NCBI GenBank assembly: GCA_002269645.1
Contig: NIVC01004561.1
Span: 1 to 41,940 of the forward strand
Direction of reading: 5' to 3'
DNA length: 41,940 nt
Source of the DNA: Macrostomum lignano
Taxonomy: Eukaryota
Shown here: piece after piece, positions 12,401 through 22,614 of the stretch
How positions within the stretch are numbered: position 1 is the stretch's first letter
Layout of the letters: every line of letters begins with the position of its first letter
Notes under the pieces: model-generated
Told to the model about the DNA's origin: nothing
Seen by the model: the letters and a program-made list of their open reading frames with translations, nothing else
Databases searched by the model: none
Position numbers and translations under genes: made by a program

Positions 12401-14895
12401 CCGCCTGGCGCCCTGCTGCCATCGGCGCCCGCTCGGCGACCTGCTGCCATCGGCGCCCGCTCGGCGACCTGCTGCCATCGGCGCTCTGCTGCCTTCGGCG
12501 CCCGCCTCGCGCCCCCGCCGCCTTCGGCGCCCGCTCCTCGGCGCTCTCGCTGCCTCGGCTACCACCCGACGTTCGGGGCCTAGCTCGGTGCTGGGGGGAG
12601 CTGTGTGGCGGCCAGACTACGCGACCGGCAGCACCAGTGCAGCCGCACTGGAAACCCCCCCCCCGCCTCTGTCTAGCTGAGGTGGGGTGGGTACGCGCCA
12701 AGCTAGCCGGCTCGCTAAGCCGGGGGGTTGGCGTAGCCAATCACGCCATGCCACCTTTTCGCACCTCCCTTGGCCCCTCAATCTCGCACTGTTTGTTATA
12801 ATCATATAAATACACGCGCAACGCAGTGCAGAATCTTCGCTGCCACTCCATCTATTGAAACTATAAGGCCTTCCGCCTCATTACTATATATATATATATA
12901 GTAACTTACAATGTAAGTTGTCCTTGGCCTTATAACTGACATTAAAGTAAAGAGATTCTTTAATGATATAGAATATTATTTATTTGGCTTGGTTTTAGGC
13001 TCTGTACATTTGATTCGCTTCATGTTCTTTACTTTATACTCTTTTAGTAGTAGGCCAGCATTTGTAGTAGGGAAGCCCCCAGTCTCGAAGTGAACAACTT
13101 TTATCCCCGAAGCCGAGGGTGCGCTATACAGTATGTTCAAAAAGCTTTGGCTTTGTGCGATCAGATGATGAGAAAAAAGTTTCTGGCCTCCTTACCGTTG
13201 CACCCATCGCCCAGGCTCCGATGACTTTTCTGCATGAGGTCATGCCGAGAGGCTTTGTCTCAGAGTTGCACGGCGCATCGTAATCCCTGACGGACTCTGG
13301 CAGATCCTCGACGCACAGAAATACCTCCAGGTGATGTACCAGGCCTTCACTTCCCTTGCTGATCACCGGTTCGTACTTTGATTGGCAGTTGCGAAGCAAT
13401 TTTAGATTGCAGAGTCAGCTGTACATGTACATGTAAAGTTACAAAAATCTACGTCAAACAGCAAGCTCTCACCCCGATAATGTGGTGCTGTTCGCGCATT
13501 TCAGGCAGTCGCACCACCCGACACCAGTAGGTAGTTTCCGAAGAAGGCACCTGAACACCTGAGACGCGGACTTCCATCTGCTTCGTGTCCGGTTGGGGTG
13601 GCGGAATCGGCAGCTGGCTTTTGATCAGCTGCACGAGGTGCTCAGACACGTCATAGTCCTGTAGCCGGTCCCACACGAAAGGACTTTTGAAGAACAGCAG
13701 GTGAGTTGTACCGCGCTGTAAAGAATGTTAGAAGCTTAATATTAAAGTCATGGTTGCTAAAGCGAATGCTTTGCGCTAATTTCTATACCAAAAACCCCAT
13801 TGGGACGGCATTGATGACGGAATAATGGCTGCAGATAGTGTGGATTTGACGTGATGCTTTTTCCTTTCAGGTTAAATATCTGTCCAAGCTAGGTAACAAT
13901 AAAATATCCAGCCCTTTTATATCTATCTTGAGGTTAAACTTCTAAATTGTGCATGGTTAGGTTTTATCATAAAAGCTGAACTTTGCACAATACGATAATA
14001 ATAATAACAATTGATTACACCTGCCCTAATGGGCAGATGTGCAACTGACAGCTCAGCCACAGTTATTGCGCCGCACACCTGAAGTCTGTCCAAGGACTGG
14101 GGAGTCCCCACACAAACCCTAAATTACCCGAGCTAATGCTGGCACCCATTTTACAGCTGGGTGGACTGAAGCAATGCAGAGTTGAAGTGTCTTGCTACTA
14201 GCTTGTACTAGCTTACAATACAAAAACCTCTGTTACTAATGGGGTTCTCATCAGAGCAAAAGCTTACATCAATCTTGTAGAAGGTGAGCTCTTTCGGACG
14301 AATTGGTCGCAGAATGGTGAGAACGATAGTTTTCCCATCGGTATCCCAGGCTTTAAGCTCATACTCCGACTTTGGCTGCCGCTTTAGCGTCTTATCCTCG
14401 GTCACACGGAAGTCAGCAATGGTCAGCTTGCGGGTGGATTTAAGAGCGGCTTAGTTGAAAAATAGGCTTTTTGTTGCAAATGTCTCGAGTGCATCCAAAA
14501 CCTATGGGTCTATGGGTACGACGTATCCGTATGGGTGTCTCTACCTAAATACTCGTAGTACTGTTGCACGTTATCGCTGAGTTCAGAAGCATGTATCAAT
14601 ATGGAATTTTCAAGCATTCATGAATCCTCACCAGCTCTGAAGCGTCAATGTACACGATCCCAAAGTCGGCGCCTTCAACCTTGCCGCGGTCTGAGAAGCC
14701 CAGTCCAACGACGGTGGTGCCCTGTGGCACTTCTACATTAAAAACTATGAAATTTGCGCGCCAATTGAAATTCCAACTAAGTTGACAGCCGCCGCCCAAA
14801 GGTAGCTTATAGGGTAGCTTCTCTACCTGGCTTGGCGTGGAAGCATCTGCAGCTAAAGTCAGGCCAAAAATCAAAAGCAATGCTGTAGGCAGCAT
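9452..14895 (-). CDS. tbh: Tyramine beta-hydroxylase / dopamine beta-hydroxylase-like copper type II ascorbate-dependent monooxygenase, 576 aa
   Basis: complement(join(9452..9532,9785..9938,10030..10217,10333..10515,10980..11258,13196..13375,13473..13715,14268..14426,14632..14895)) = 1731 nt, all GT-AG. Signal peptide MLPTALLLIFGLTLAADA, DOMON domain (LSWNF...GLGFSDRG), ETTYWC, CuH ligands VHHLEVF and ELHYNN, AWAMGA, CuM ligands SQLHTH and NEMCLNY, and HYSPHFQEIR (DBH/TBH type rather than MOXD1 type). An extra upstream exon cannot be excluded because a 3' splice site lies 8 nt before the ATG. Confidence 0.93.
11708..11811. repeat. 8-bp tandem repeat CAGCAC(A/C)G, ~13 copies, inside the LTR element
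   Basis: Direct reading: cagcacag cagcaccg cagcaccg cagcacag... Confidence 0.9.
12021..12545. repeat. GC-rich 28-bp minisatellite CTGCTGC(C/T)(T/A)TCGGCGCCCGCCTGGCGCC, ~18 degenerate copies, inside the LTR element
   Basis: Unit read directly. The 28-aa periodicity of the overlapping ORFs equals three 28-bp units. Confidence 0.9.
13995..14197 (-). mobile_element. 5'-truncated SINE with (ATT)n tail in tbh intron 2
   Basis: The reverse complement reads gcaagacacttcaactctgcattgcttcagtccacccagctgtaaaatgggtgccagcattagct...ggcaggtgtaatca-(att)n and aligns with 15839-16123. Confidence 0.8.
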
Positions 14896-15788
14896 GTGTC
14901 TATCTGTTTTGGAGAGACTAATTTCCTGCAATGCACAGAAGAAAACGGTCCGACAAACTCAGAGAAAAATGCTGTCTGATCGAAGGCGATTGCAGCTATT
15001 TATTCTTGGGCCTGTGCTATTTACATGCATTTGAGCTCCCATTCAGACAGCATTCTCAAGACTCAAATCATTTGGTCCAATCCCCGGTGAGAGATGGAAT
15101 TGTTCCGGGTCAGTGCCAACTCAGTCAGCTCTGGTTGGCTTTCTGGGGAAATGAGACTTCCAGTTCAGTCTGTCGTCTGTTAATTAGCTGAAAATCCAGA
15201 AAGAAATGAAAGTTTAAGCTTCAAACCAAGAACTTATCAGCAGAATGGACCAATGCCGATTGGCAAGCCATCAAATCATGCAAGTTGAATCTCCATTAAA
15301 AAGTGGATGCTGATTAGCAACTTTCTCGAGAAGTTTCGAAAAACTATCGCCATCTTGCTATGACTTGAGGGTTAATCGAGGTGTTCGACAGTTCTCAAGG
15401 TTTTAGAGATAAAGTAACTAATGCTCAGTGTTCACGGTTGAGTTTGCTAAGACCCGCCACTACAGGGTAGGTGTCTTCATGATGCCGCGTTCCAAAAACG
15501 ATAATATCTGTCATCTAGAAACTATATGATTATATGGCTCGTATGATATGCGTCTTCATAATGAGAAACCTTAAATAAATTTCACTCTCAAAGCAGCTCT
15601 GACGCTGATGCACATTCCTGATCCAGCTATGTAAAAGCTATTCATCGAAAACTTCAACTGATTTTTATCATCTAACAGAAGAAATGATTCTCTAAGCAGT
15701 GTAGACAATACTTGTAGACTTTTTGCAGCTAGGTTGGCTTGCACGAGTGTATGGAGCTAGTGATTTTTCATTTGTGTATGTTTCTAGG

Positions 15789-16123
15789 TTGTAGCTTAAT
15801 GGTAGGTCGTAATCCACTCGGAACAATTTGTGTCCTTGAGCAAGATACAGTTATGTAACTCTGCATTGCTTCAGTTCACTCAACTGTACAATGGGTACCA
15901 GCATTAGCTGGGGTAATTGCGGGTGTGTGGCGACCCCGCAGCAAGGACTAATTAAGTAGATATATAAATTATTTCAGTCGTCCTTGCCCCGCAGCCGCAG
16001 TCCTTGGACTGAATAGCCGTCAGCCTGCAGATACGCCGCGCAATACCTGCGGCTGAGCTGTCGGTCGCATGCACATCTGCTTATTAGGACAGGTGTAATC
16101 ATGATTATTAATACTTATTATTA
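15789..16123 (+). mobile_element. tRNA-derived SINE, same family as 13995-14197
   Basis: A-box-like TAGCTTAATGG and degenerate B-box GGTCGTAATCC. Body gtgtccttgagcaaga...cattgcttcagttcactcaactgtacaatgggtacc, ending in an ATT-rich tail. Confidence 0.75.
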
Positions 16124-16889
16124 ACGCGAATATCTATCAATCAATTAGACTAAAAAACTAAAAGATGCATGCAAGTAACATCATTTTAAGCACAGCTTGT
16201 GCCTGCTGACTTCAAGATAGTTCGTACGATCGTATCAAGAACCTTGCCATCATACGAATGCTTCGCACAGTGCAGATATGGGCTGATAAGAGCTGAAGAT
16301 GGCTACAGAGAAAATAACCAATGCATTAATGCCAACGGGTCCTGAGAGAATTGATTTGGAAAAAAGATCCTGTCAGCTTATGTCAGAAACAGATTTCCAG
16401 TAATGGACGGTGGAAGGTGTTTTCTCAACATTCTGATACAGGATAAGCGCTCCGTATTTTAACTCGCCACTCCAACAACTTACGTCATGTGCAGTGAATA
16501 AATGAATGCAAATCGCTTAGGACTACGCCTCTTGGAGTATCGAAGGCACTGCACTCATTTTCAGATAATAGTTAATACATTTACGTACATGTACATGTAC
16601 ATCCTGCAGCATATAAGAAGTAGTCAATCATGTGAATGTTGCCAAATTGTAATCAGTTCGAAAACCTAAAAAGAAATTCAGAAACTGGGCTCTCTCATCC
16701 GTAGAGTATCTTCTTATTAGCTTTCTTAGATCGATCTACAGACTTACGCGTCAATAGCGCGGACATGCGTGGTATAATAAACAAGTTAAATCCACTGTTG
16801 AATTGTAGCACGAGTACCATTCGCCTAATTTCAATAATCTGGGGGCACCAACGGACCTTCAAGTTAAGATCTACTGCCGTTGCATGAAC

Positions 16890-17370
16890 GGGCGGGCGGC
16901 ATTGCTGCCTCGCTGCAAAGAATTCATCTACCAAGTGCCAAGCATCACGGACGACATGCATGGCACGGCGCAGGGCGCTTGCCTGGGGGCATTCCGTACC
17001 GTGCGGACTGTCCCCGCGCTGCCGGATCGTCTGAGAGGGCGGCTGTTCCAGGCCGTCATAGAAACCGGCAACTCGCTCATGCTGGACTTCTGTGAGCCGC
17101 ATTCGGTGACCACTACTCGCCGACCGCCACCACCAACACCAGCAATGACGAGCCATCCCGACGGCCCAGCTAATCCCGACCTAGCCAGCTGCTACGCATC
17201 CGGCGCCTACAGCTGGCCGCCACGTCATCCGAGCAGAGTAGTACTGCCCTGAGTCGCTGCAGGACGTGCTGCTACTCTCCCTTCAAGAGCCTCGACTTCT
17301 CGCGGCTTGGTCAGGCGAGAAGTCTGCGTTTCGTCGACCTGCTTCTAAGAGACGATGAGATATCTGACTC
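16890..17370 (+). mobile_element. RTE-like non-LTR retrotransposon 3' fragment (post-RT region), decayed
   Basis: Frameshifted translation LPRCKEFIY...ARRRALAWGAFRTVRTV-PALPDRLRGRLFQAVIET...SQLLRIRRLQLA-HVIRAE*YCPESLQDVLLL matches RTE-type C-terminal motifs (FxYLG, RxxxAWxAF, RRLxxAGHxxR). Confidence 0.8.
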
Positions 17371-17489
17371 TCGTGTACTCGCTGTTCTACGCAACTTTGC
17401 GCTTGCGCGCGCGTTTTGACAGCAGCCCAGCCTGGCTTGTCCCGGGCTGCTGTAGCTTGATATTGTTGCTGTTGTCGTTGCTGTTGTTG

Positions 17490-18075
17490 GTCGGCAACTT
17501 CTCGGGGTAGTGCACGCCTAGGGCGTAGCGCAGCAGGGACCTGTAGAGCGCGTCCAGGGCTCGCTCTCGTGTGTCAGTCATCGGCACCGCTTCCATGCCG
17601 TACAAGAGGATCGGCTCGGCTCCACGGCCGCGGGAAAGAGGGTAAGCGCACCTTCAGCTCGTCCCTCGCAGCTGAGCTGAAGACGTTCCTGAGCAGTCGC
17701 GAAGCGCGCCAGGCCTGATTCCTCCTGTCGGAGACAATGGAGTCCGGACTCGTTGCTAGCGATCCGAGATACCGGAAGTCTTCGCGCACCACGATGGCGT
17801 TTCCGTTGGGCAGCGAAAGTGCCGGAGCGGTGTCAGTGCCACGTGCATCACCTCTTGTCTTGGGCACGTTGATAACCAGCCACCCGATCGCCCTACACAC
17901 AGAGCCGGGGATGAGCGCGTTGGGCAGCAGCTGGGTTGTGACAGAGCAGCGCGATGTCATTGGTGTGCGTGAGAGCAGGCAACAAAACAGCAGGATGTCG
18001 GGAGCTTCGGCGTGGGACCAGCAAGTAGCTGTCGTCTCGTCCTCTTGAAGGGAGCGGCGCAGCACGTAATGCATG
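17490..18075 (-). mobile_element. Second RTE-like non-LTR retrotransposon fragment (RT C-terminal part), decayed
   Basis: GWLVINVPKT...VREDFRYLGSL...DRRNQAWRASRLLRNVFSSAARDELKVRL, then after a frameshift ILLYGMEAVPMTDTRERALDALYRSLLRYALGVHYP. Confidence 0.85.
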
Positions 18076-18176
18076 ATAAAGAGCAGGGGAGCTAGCGTGT
18101 CTTGCTAAGTTGTAATTATTGAATGACAATGGCTAAAAACAAAGTTAAAAATTGTTTAAACACAAAACAAACTTAA

Positions 18177-18789
18177 ATAGTTATACTGGTTTTTTTCTTG
18201 GAAGATGCGAACCGATTCAGGATCTGAAATCGTAATGTGAAAAGCCGGAATTTTATTTTATTGTTTTTTTAGTCACAGGTTGTTTTTTAATTTGTTAAAG
18301 GCATTAAACTTGCCAATAAAAACTCTTCGCTGAAGTGGATCAATCTTAGGCGCCCTAACGAATCATTCGCCGAAATGGCCAGATTTAGAAGAAATAGCCA
18401 ATAGGCCTAGTCTCTGCAAAAGCCCCTTCTGGTAAAGTGTAAAAAGCTACCCAGATTTTCGCAGAAAACATTACCTGAAAATTTTCTGTCAGATTTGCAG
18501 TGTCTTGTTAAAAACTGTGGTCTCTGTTAAAAAAGCTAGTAAATAAAAATTTACTAGTAAAATGCGATCTTAATTTTTATTTCTGGCTGGTAAAAAGCAA
18601 GGTAAGACTTTACCCTAAAAACTTACCCGTAATTACCAGGTCCTTACCTGTAATTACCCAAACAAATAACGCTGCGATATTGTTTATTTGTTTACGCTAT
18701 TTAGGCGTCTATCAATGAGGCTTTTCATATTACCAATTCCAGAATCAGAATCGGTTCGGATCTTCCAAGAAAAACAGCAGTATAACTAT
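18177..18789. mobile_element. MITE-like element with ~70-bp imperfect TIRs flanked by TTAA
   Basis: TTAA|ATAGTTATACTG..TTTTTCTTGGAAGAT.CGAACCGATTC...GTAAT.TGAAAAGCC (18173-18246) versus its reverse complement at 18719-18793. Confidence 0.75.
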
Positions 18790-20103
18790 TTAATTCTGTT
18801 GAATGTTTGGCTGCCTTAACAACCTCAGCACAATTTTTCACTTTCTTCTTGGCGATTGGACATCATTCAATAATAAAAACTTTATAGCTCGTATCTCCCT
18901 CTAGTTATGGAGACAAAAAGTTATACTTTACAAATTGGTTCTGGACCAGAACAAGCAATATGAAAAGGCACGAAGTACTACCACTTTTGTTTAAATTTAT
19001 CGCGATTTTTAAAACTAGCGCCGAATTATAAAAATCGTAAAGTAAAAATCGTAATGTAAAAAAAATTAAATGTAAATGTCAGGAATGACTATAAAATATA
19101 ACTACCTTTTAGTGATGAAAATGCCTTATCATCTAATTAGTTATTGTATTAGTGGTACACATTAATTTACTGACAAGATTCAATTTATCTCAAGCTTATA
19201 ATATTATATTTATCTATCTAAATTGAATTGAAATTAGAATTGAGCTTAATTCTTATATATCTAATCTAACTAATTCCAATTACTAATACTAGAACTAATA
19301 TTATGTTTGTGCAATTTGATAACTTTACTGTATATAGTGCATATTGCATTTGCATTTTGAAAAAAAACAAAGTAATGATTATACTTAAACAATGATTACC
19401 TATCTAAAAGTTTCTGCAACTTTAAGTTGAATGCCTCAAAGGTCCTAAAGTTAAGTAACTTTCTTTACTTAAAAACACTTATAAAGTATGTTACTACAAA
19501 AACAAACAATTGTAAAAACAAACAATAGGCCTATGACATTAAATTTTGTGTTCTCATTTGTGTTCTCACTTTGTTTTTTTGATTTTTTTATATTTGGAAG
19601 CATATTTGGAAATTGGAAAATGAAATTTCTGAATACAAAACATTCTGATTTCTATAAAAATGAGACTTTTTTTCAATTCGGATTCCAAATTTGAATATTT
19701 AGATCCATTGCTATTGATAGCACATGTGACCTAGAAGGCCATATAGCAGAGCCATAGCACTTTGACTAGGGGGCCTAGAACTTTGTTGGGGCCAAACGCC
19801 TTGCCACCTGATGTTTTTTGAGTGAATAGCCCAATGTCTATTGTGGTGACTGAGCTTGTATAGAAGTCTTTAATCCTCAGCTAGGAGGGGCATATCCAGT
19901 GAGAATGCAAAACTAGCAAGCAACAACAATGCAGATGAGCTTATAATGCCAACAAAAAAGTTGCACAATTCATTCTTGCATTCCTCTAGGGTGTCAATGG
20001 CTAGGTTTAGTGCCACATGCTTTTTGTGCCCTATCAGAGTCTAGATAGCTATTTACATTGCTGGGCTAGGCTGGCTAGCTGCAGTGATAGACCTAATGGC
20101 ATT

Positions 20104-20380
20104 CCTGATTGCAGCGCATGGGCATTTTGGCGGACGGCGTCCGGCGCGGATCTAATACGGCGCGGCGCGGCGCATACGCGTGCGGCGATTAGTACGGCGC
20201 GGCGCAGTACTAATTAGATGCCGAGGCATTTAGGCTTGATAAGACAGTCATAGTTACTCCTGCCGTTTACCCAAAACTGCGTTAACTTTGCTTTAGGTTT
20301 CTTTCACAGGTAAGTCATTTCACAGCGTGGCGCAGGTTGTGTAGGCGTCTGGCGTACTTAAGCCATGCGCTGCAATAGGG
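20104..20380. mobile_element. 277-bp MITE with 18-bp TIRs and 8-bp TSD (hAT- or P-type)
   Basis: TIR CCTGATTGCAGCGCATGG versus reverse complement CCCTATTGCAGCGCATGG (16/18). Perfect TSD ATGGCATT at 20096-20103 and 20381-20388. Confidence 0.85.
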
Positions 20381-20520
20381 ATGGCATTGTTGATAGTAGC
20401 CTACTGCCGCTTATCTAGAAGATGCTCAAATGTTTCTTCAGTGTAGCCTATGGGCTGCTAGTTTCTATGGAGCTGCTTGATATAGAGCCATACTTGCTTG
20501 ATAGTTAGGTTGCTCTAATA

Positions 20521-21695
20521 GGGGGGGGTTCACAAACTCGAAATTTCACAACGTCGAAAGTACCCTCTTTCATAAGGTCAAAATTTCACAAGGTCGAAAT
20601 TTCATAACATCAAAAACTTGAAAAGCAGCCACTTTCATAAGGTTGAAATTTCACAAGGTCGAAATTTCACAACATCGAAAACTTTAGCAAGAGACTTCAT
20701 AACGTCGAAATTTCACAAGATCAAAATTTCACAACATCGAAAACTTTGACTTCATAAGGTCGAAATTTCACAAGGTCGAAAACTCAAATAGCAGCCACTT
20801 TCATAAGATCGAAATTTTACAATGTAAAAACTGAGAATTTAGCAGCCTCAAGTATGAAAAGATCAAAATTTTACAATGTAGAAAACTAAAGTCTTTATTG
20901 TGTCAATGTTTATATCATTATTTTTTGTTTTAATAGCTTTGGTTCAAAGAAGTTTTTAATCACTTCTTTAAGTAGTTCAACGTCAAGGAGTGCTAAGTGC
21001 TCTGCTAAGTGTGTTATCACTACTGGGACAATGGGTTAGTTTACATAAGCTGTAAGTTTAGCTATATAGTTGGGAAGCATTTTGGAATTAGGCCTAGAGC
21101 AGTAAAAAGCACCTAAAATTTGGTATCAGAAGTAGGATAAAATTAGGAGAAAAGAGAAAAACTTTGAAAAGAGAAAAAAGCCCTATAACTTTGGCAATGA
21201 CTGGTTAGGATAAATTAGACTGTGACAAACAGAAAAACACCTACAACATATAATATATAGGCCTACTAAACAACAATAGAATATAGAAAAGCCTCGAAGG
21301 CTTACAACTATTAAGTCTTCTGCTAGAGTTTTCAATGTTATGAAATTTCGACCTTGTGAAAGTGGCTGCTATTTGAGTTTCGATGTTATGAAATTTCGAC
21401 CTTATGAAAGTGGCTGCTTTTGGAGTTTTTGATGTTGTGAAATTTCGACCTTGTGAAATTTCGACCTTATGAAGTCTCTTGCTAAAGTTTTCAATGTTGT
21501 GAAATTTCGACCTTATGAAAGTGGCTGCTTTTCGAGTTTTCAATGTTGTGAAATTTTGACCTTGTGAAATTTCGACCTTATGAAGTCTTCTGCTAGAGTT
21601 TTCGATGTTGTGAAATTTCGACCTTGTGAAATTTCAACCTTGTGCAATAATTTGCTTTTCGAGGTTGTGAAATTTTGACCTTGTGAAAGCACCCC
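20521..21695. mobile_element. Foldback-type element whose arms are inverted arrays of ~15-16-bp AAATTTCACAAGGTCG units, with an AT-rich spacer
   Basis: Left array ~20521-20885 and right array ~21315-21695 are in opposite orientation. Termini GGGG...CCCC. 8-bp TSD CTCTAATA at 20513-20520 and 21696-21703. Confidence 0.85.
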
Positions 21696-22253
21696 CTCTA
21701 ATAGACAGGCAGCAATTTTTATACTAGCCATATCAATGGGACCATTTGCTCTGTAGTGGCTCTAATGGCAGTGCTAATATTAGAATACTCCGCCTTGTAT
21801 TAATCTCTATAATAGATCTCCTGATCTCTATAATAGCCATAATAGAAACCTACAGCAAGATGAGGTCCAGTTCTAGGCTGTGGGCTAGCTAGACAAAGAT
21901 GGTGCAATACTAGGGGGCCTTCAAAGTTTGATAGTTCATTGTGCCAAGTCTGAGGTGGCCATCTGGTACAGCTAGGGCCAGATGGAGGTTGGCCTCATGG
22001 TCCCTAGCACCACCCAGCAGATCTATAGTTGAAGTTGTAAGGACTAAAAATGATAGGCACCTGGCTGCGCCACAGAGCCACCCTTGCCAGTTGCACTCAG
22101 TACAACATTGTGTGCTGTGCCAACCTTTGTAAGTGCCTGCTATGCTGAACTTTGCTGCTGTAGCCAAGGCGCAGCTGTCTGAGCCAATTGAGGTTGTCTG
22201 CAGCTTGATGATCTGGCCATAATACCAGGTGTCTGTACTATTTGCATGGGTAT

Positions 22254-22614
22254 GCAAATATAATGGCTTGGCAAATGTAATGGCTCTGCAAAAATTATGG
22301 CCTTGCAAATATAATGACTCTGCAAATATCATGGCTCTACAAATATAATGGCTCTGCAAATATAATAGCTCTACAAATATAATGGCTCTACAAATATAAT
22401 GGCTCTGCAAATATAATGGCTCTACAAATATAATGGCTCTGCAAATATAATAGCTCTACAAATATAATGGCTCTACAAATATAATGGCTCTGCAAATATA
22501 ATAGCTCTACAAATATAATGGCTCTACAAATATAATGTCTGCAAAAATAATGGCCTTGCAAATATAATGACTGCAAATATAATGACCCTGCAAATATAAT
22601 GGCTCTGCAAATAT
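22254..22614. repeat. 17-bp tandem repeat GCAAATATAATGGCTCT / ACAAATATAATGGCTCT, ~21 copies
   Basis: Direct reading. It explains the repetitive ORFs 22140-22325 and 22388-22711 and the repetitive N-terminal part of ORF 21910-22410. Confidence 0.92.

Larger units (their letters stand above)
11341..12880 (+). mobile_element. Non-autonomous LTR retroelement (TRIM-like), 1540 bp, in tbh intron 4, antisense to tbh
   Basis: LTRs 11341-11615 and 12604-12880 (TG...CA) are identical except for 2 C in a C-run. 4-bp TSD TTAC (11337-11340 and 12881-12884). PBS-like TGGTGAGCCCGAC 1 nt after the 5' LTR, PPT GGGGGGAG just before the 3' LTR. No gag/pol motifs inside. Confidence 0.93.

Noticed and set aside
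11505-12805. Long ORFs (up to 269 aa) in the tbh intron as real genes
   Set aside because: They arise from stop-poor GC-rich tandem repeats of the LTR element and show no gag/pol or other domain.
9452-14895. Assignment as MOXD1 or PHM instead of TBH/DBH
   Set aside because: The DOMON domain excludes PHM, and HYSPHFQEIR and AWAMGA match the DBH/TBH branch; substrate specificity (tyramine versus dopamine) cannot be read from sequence.
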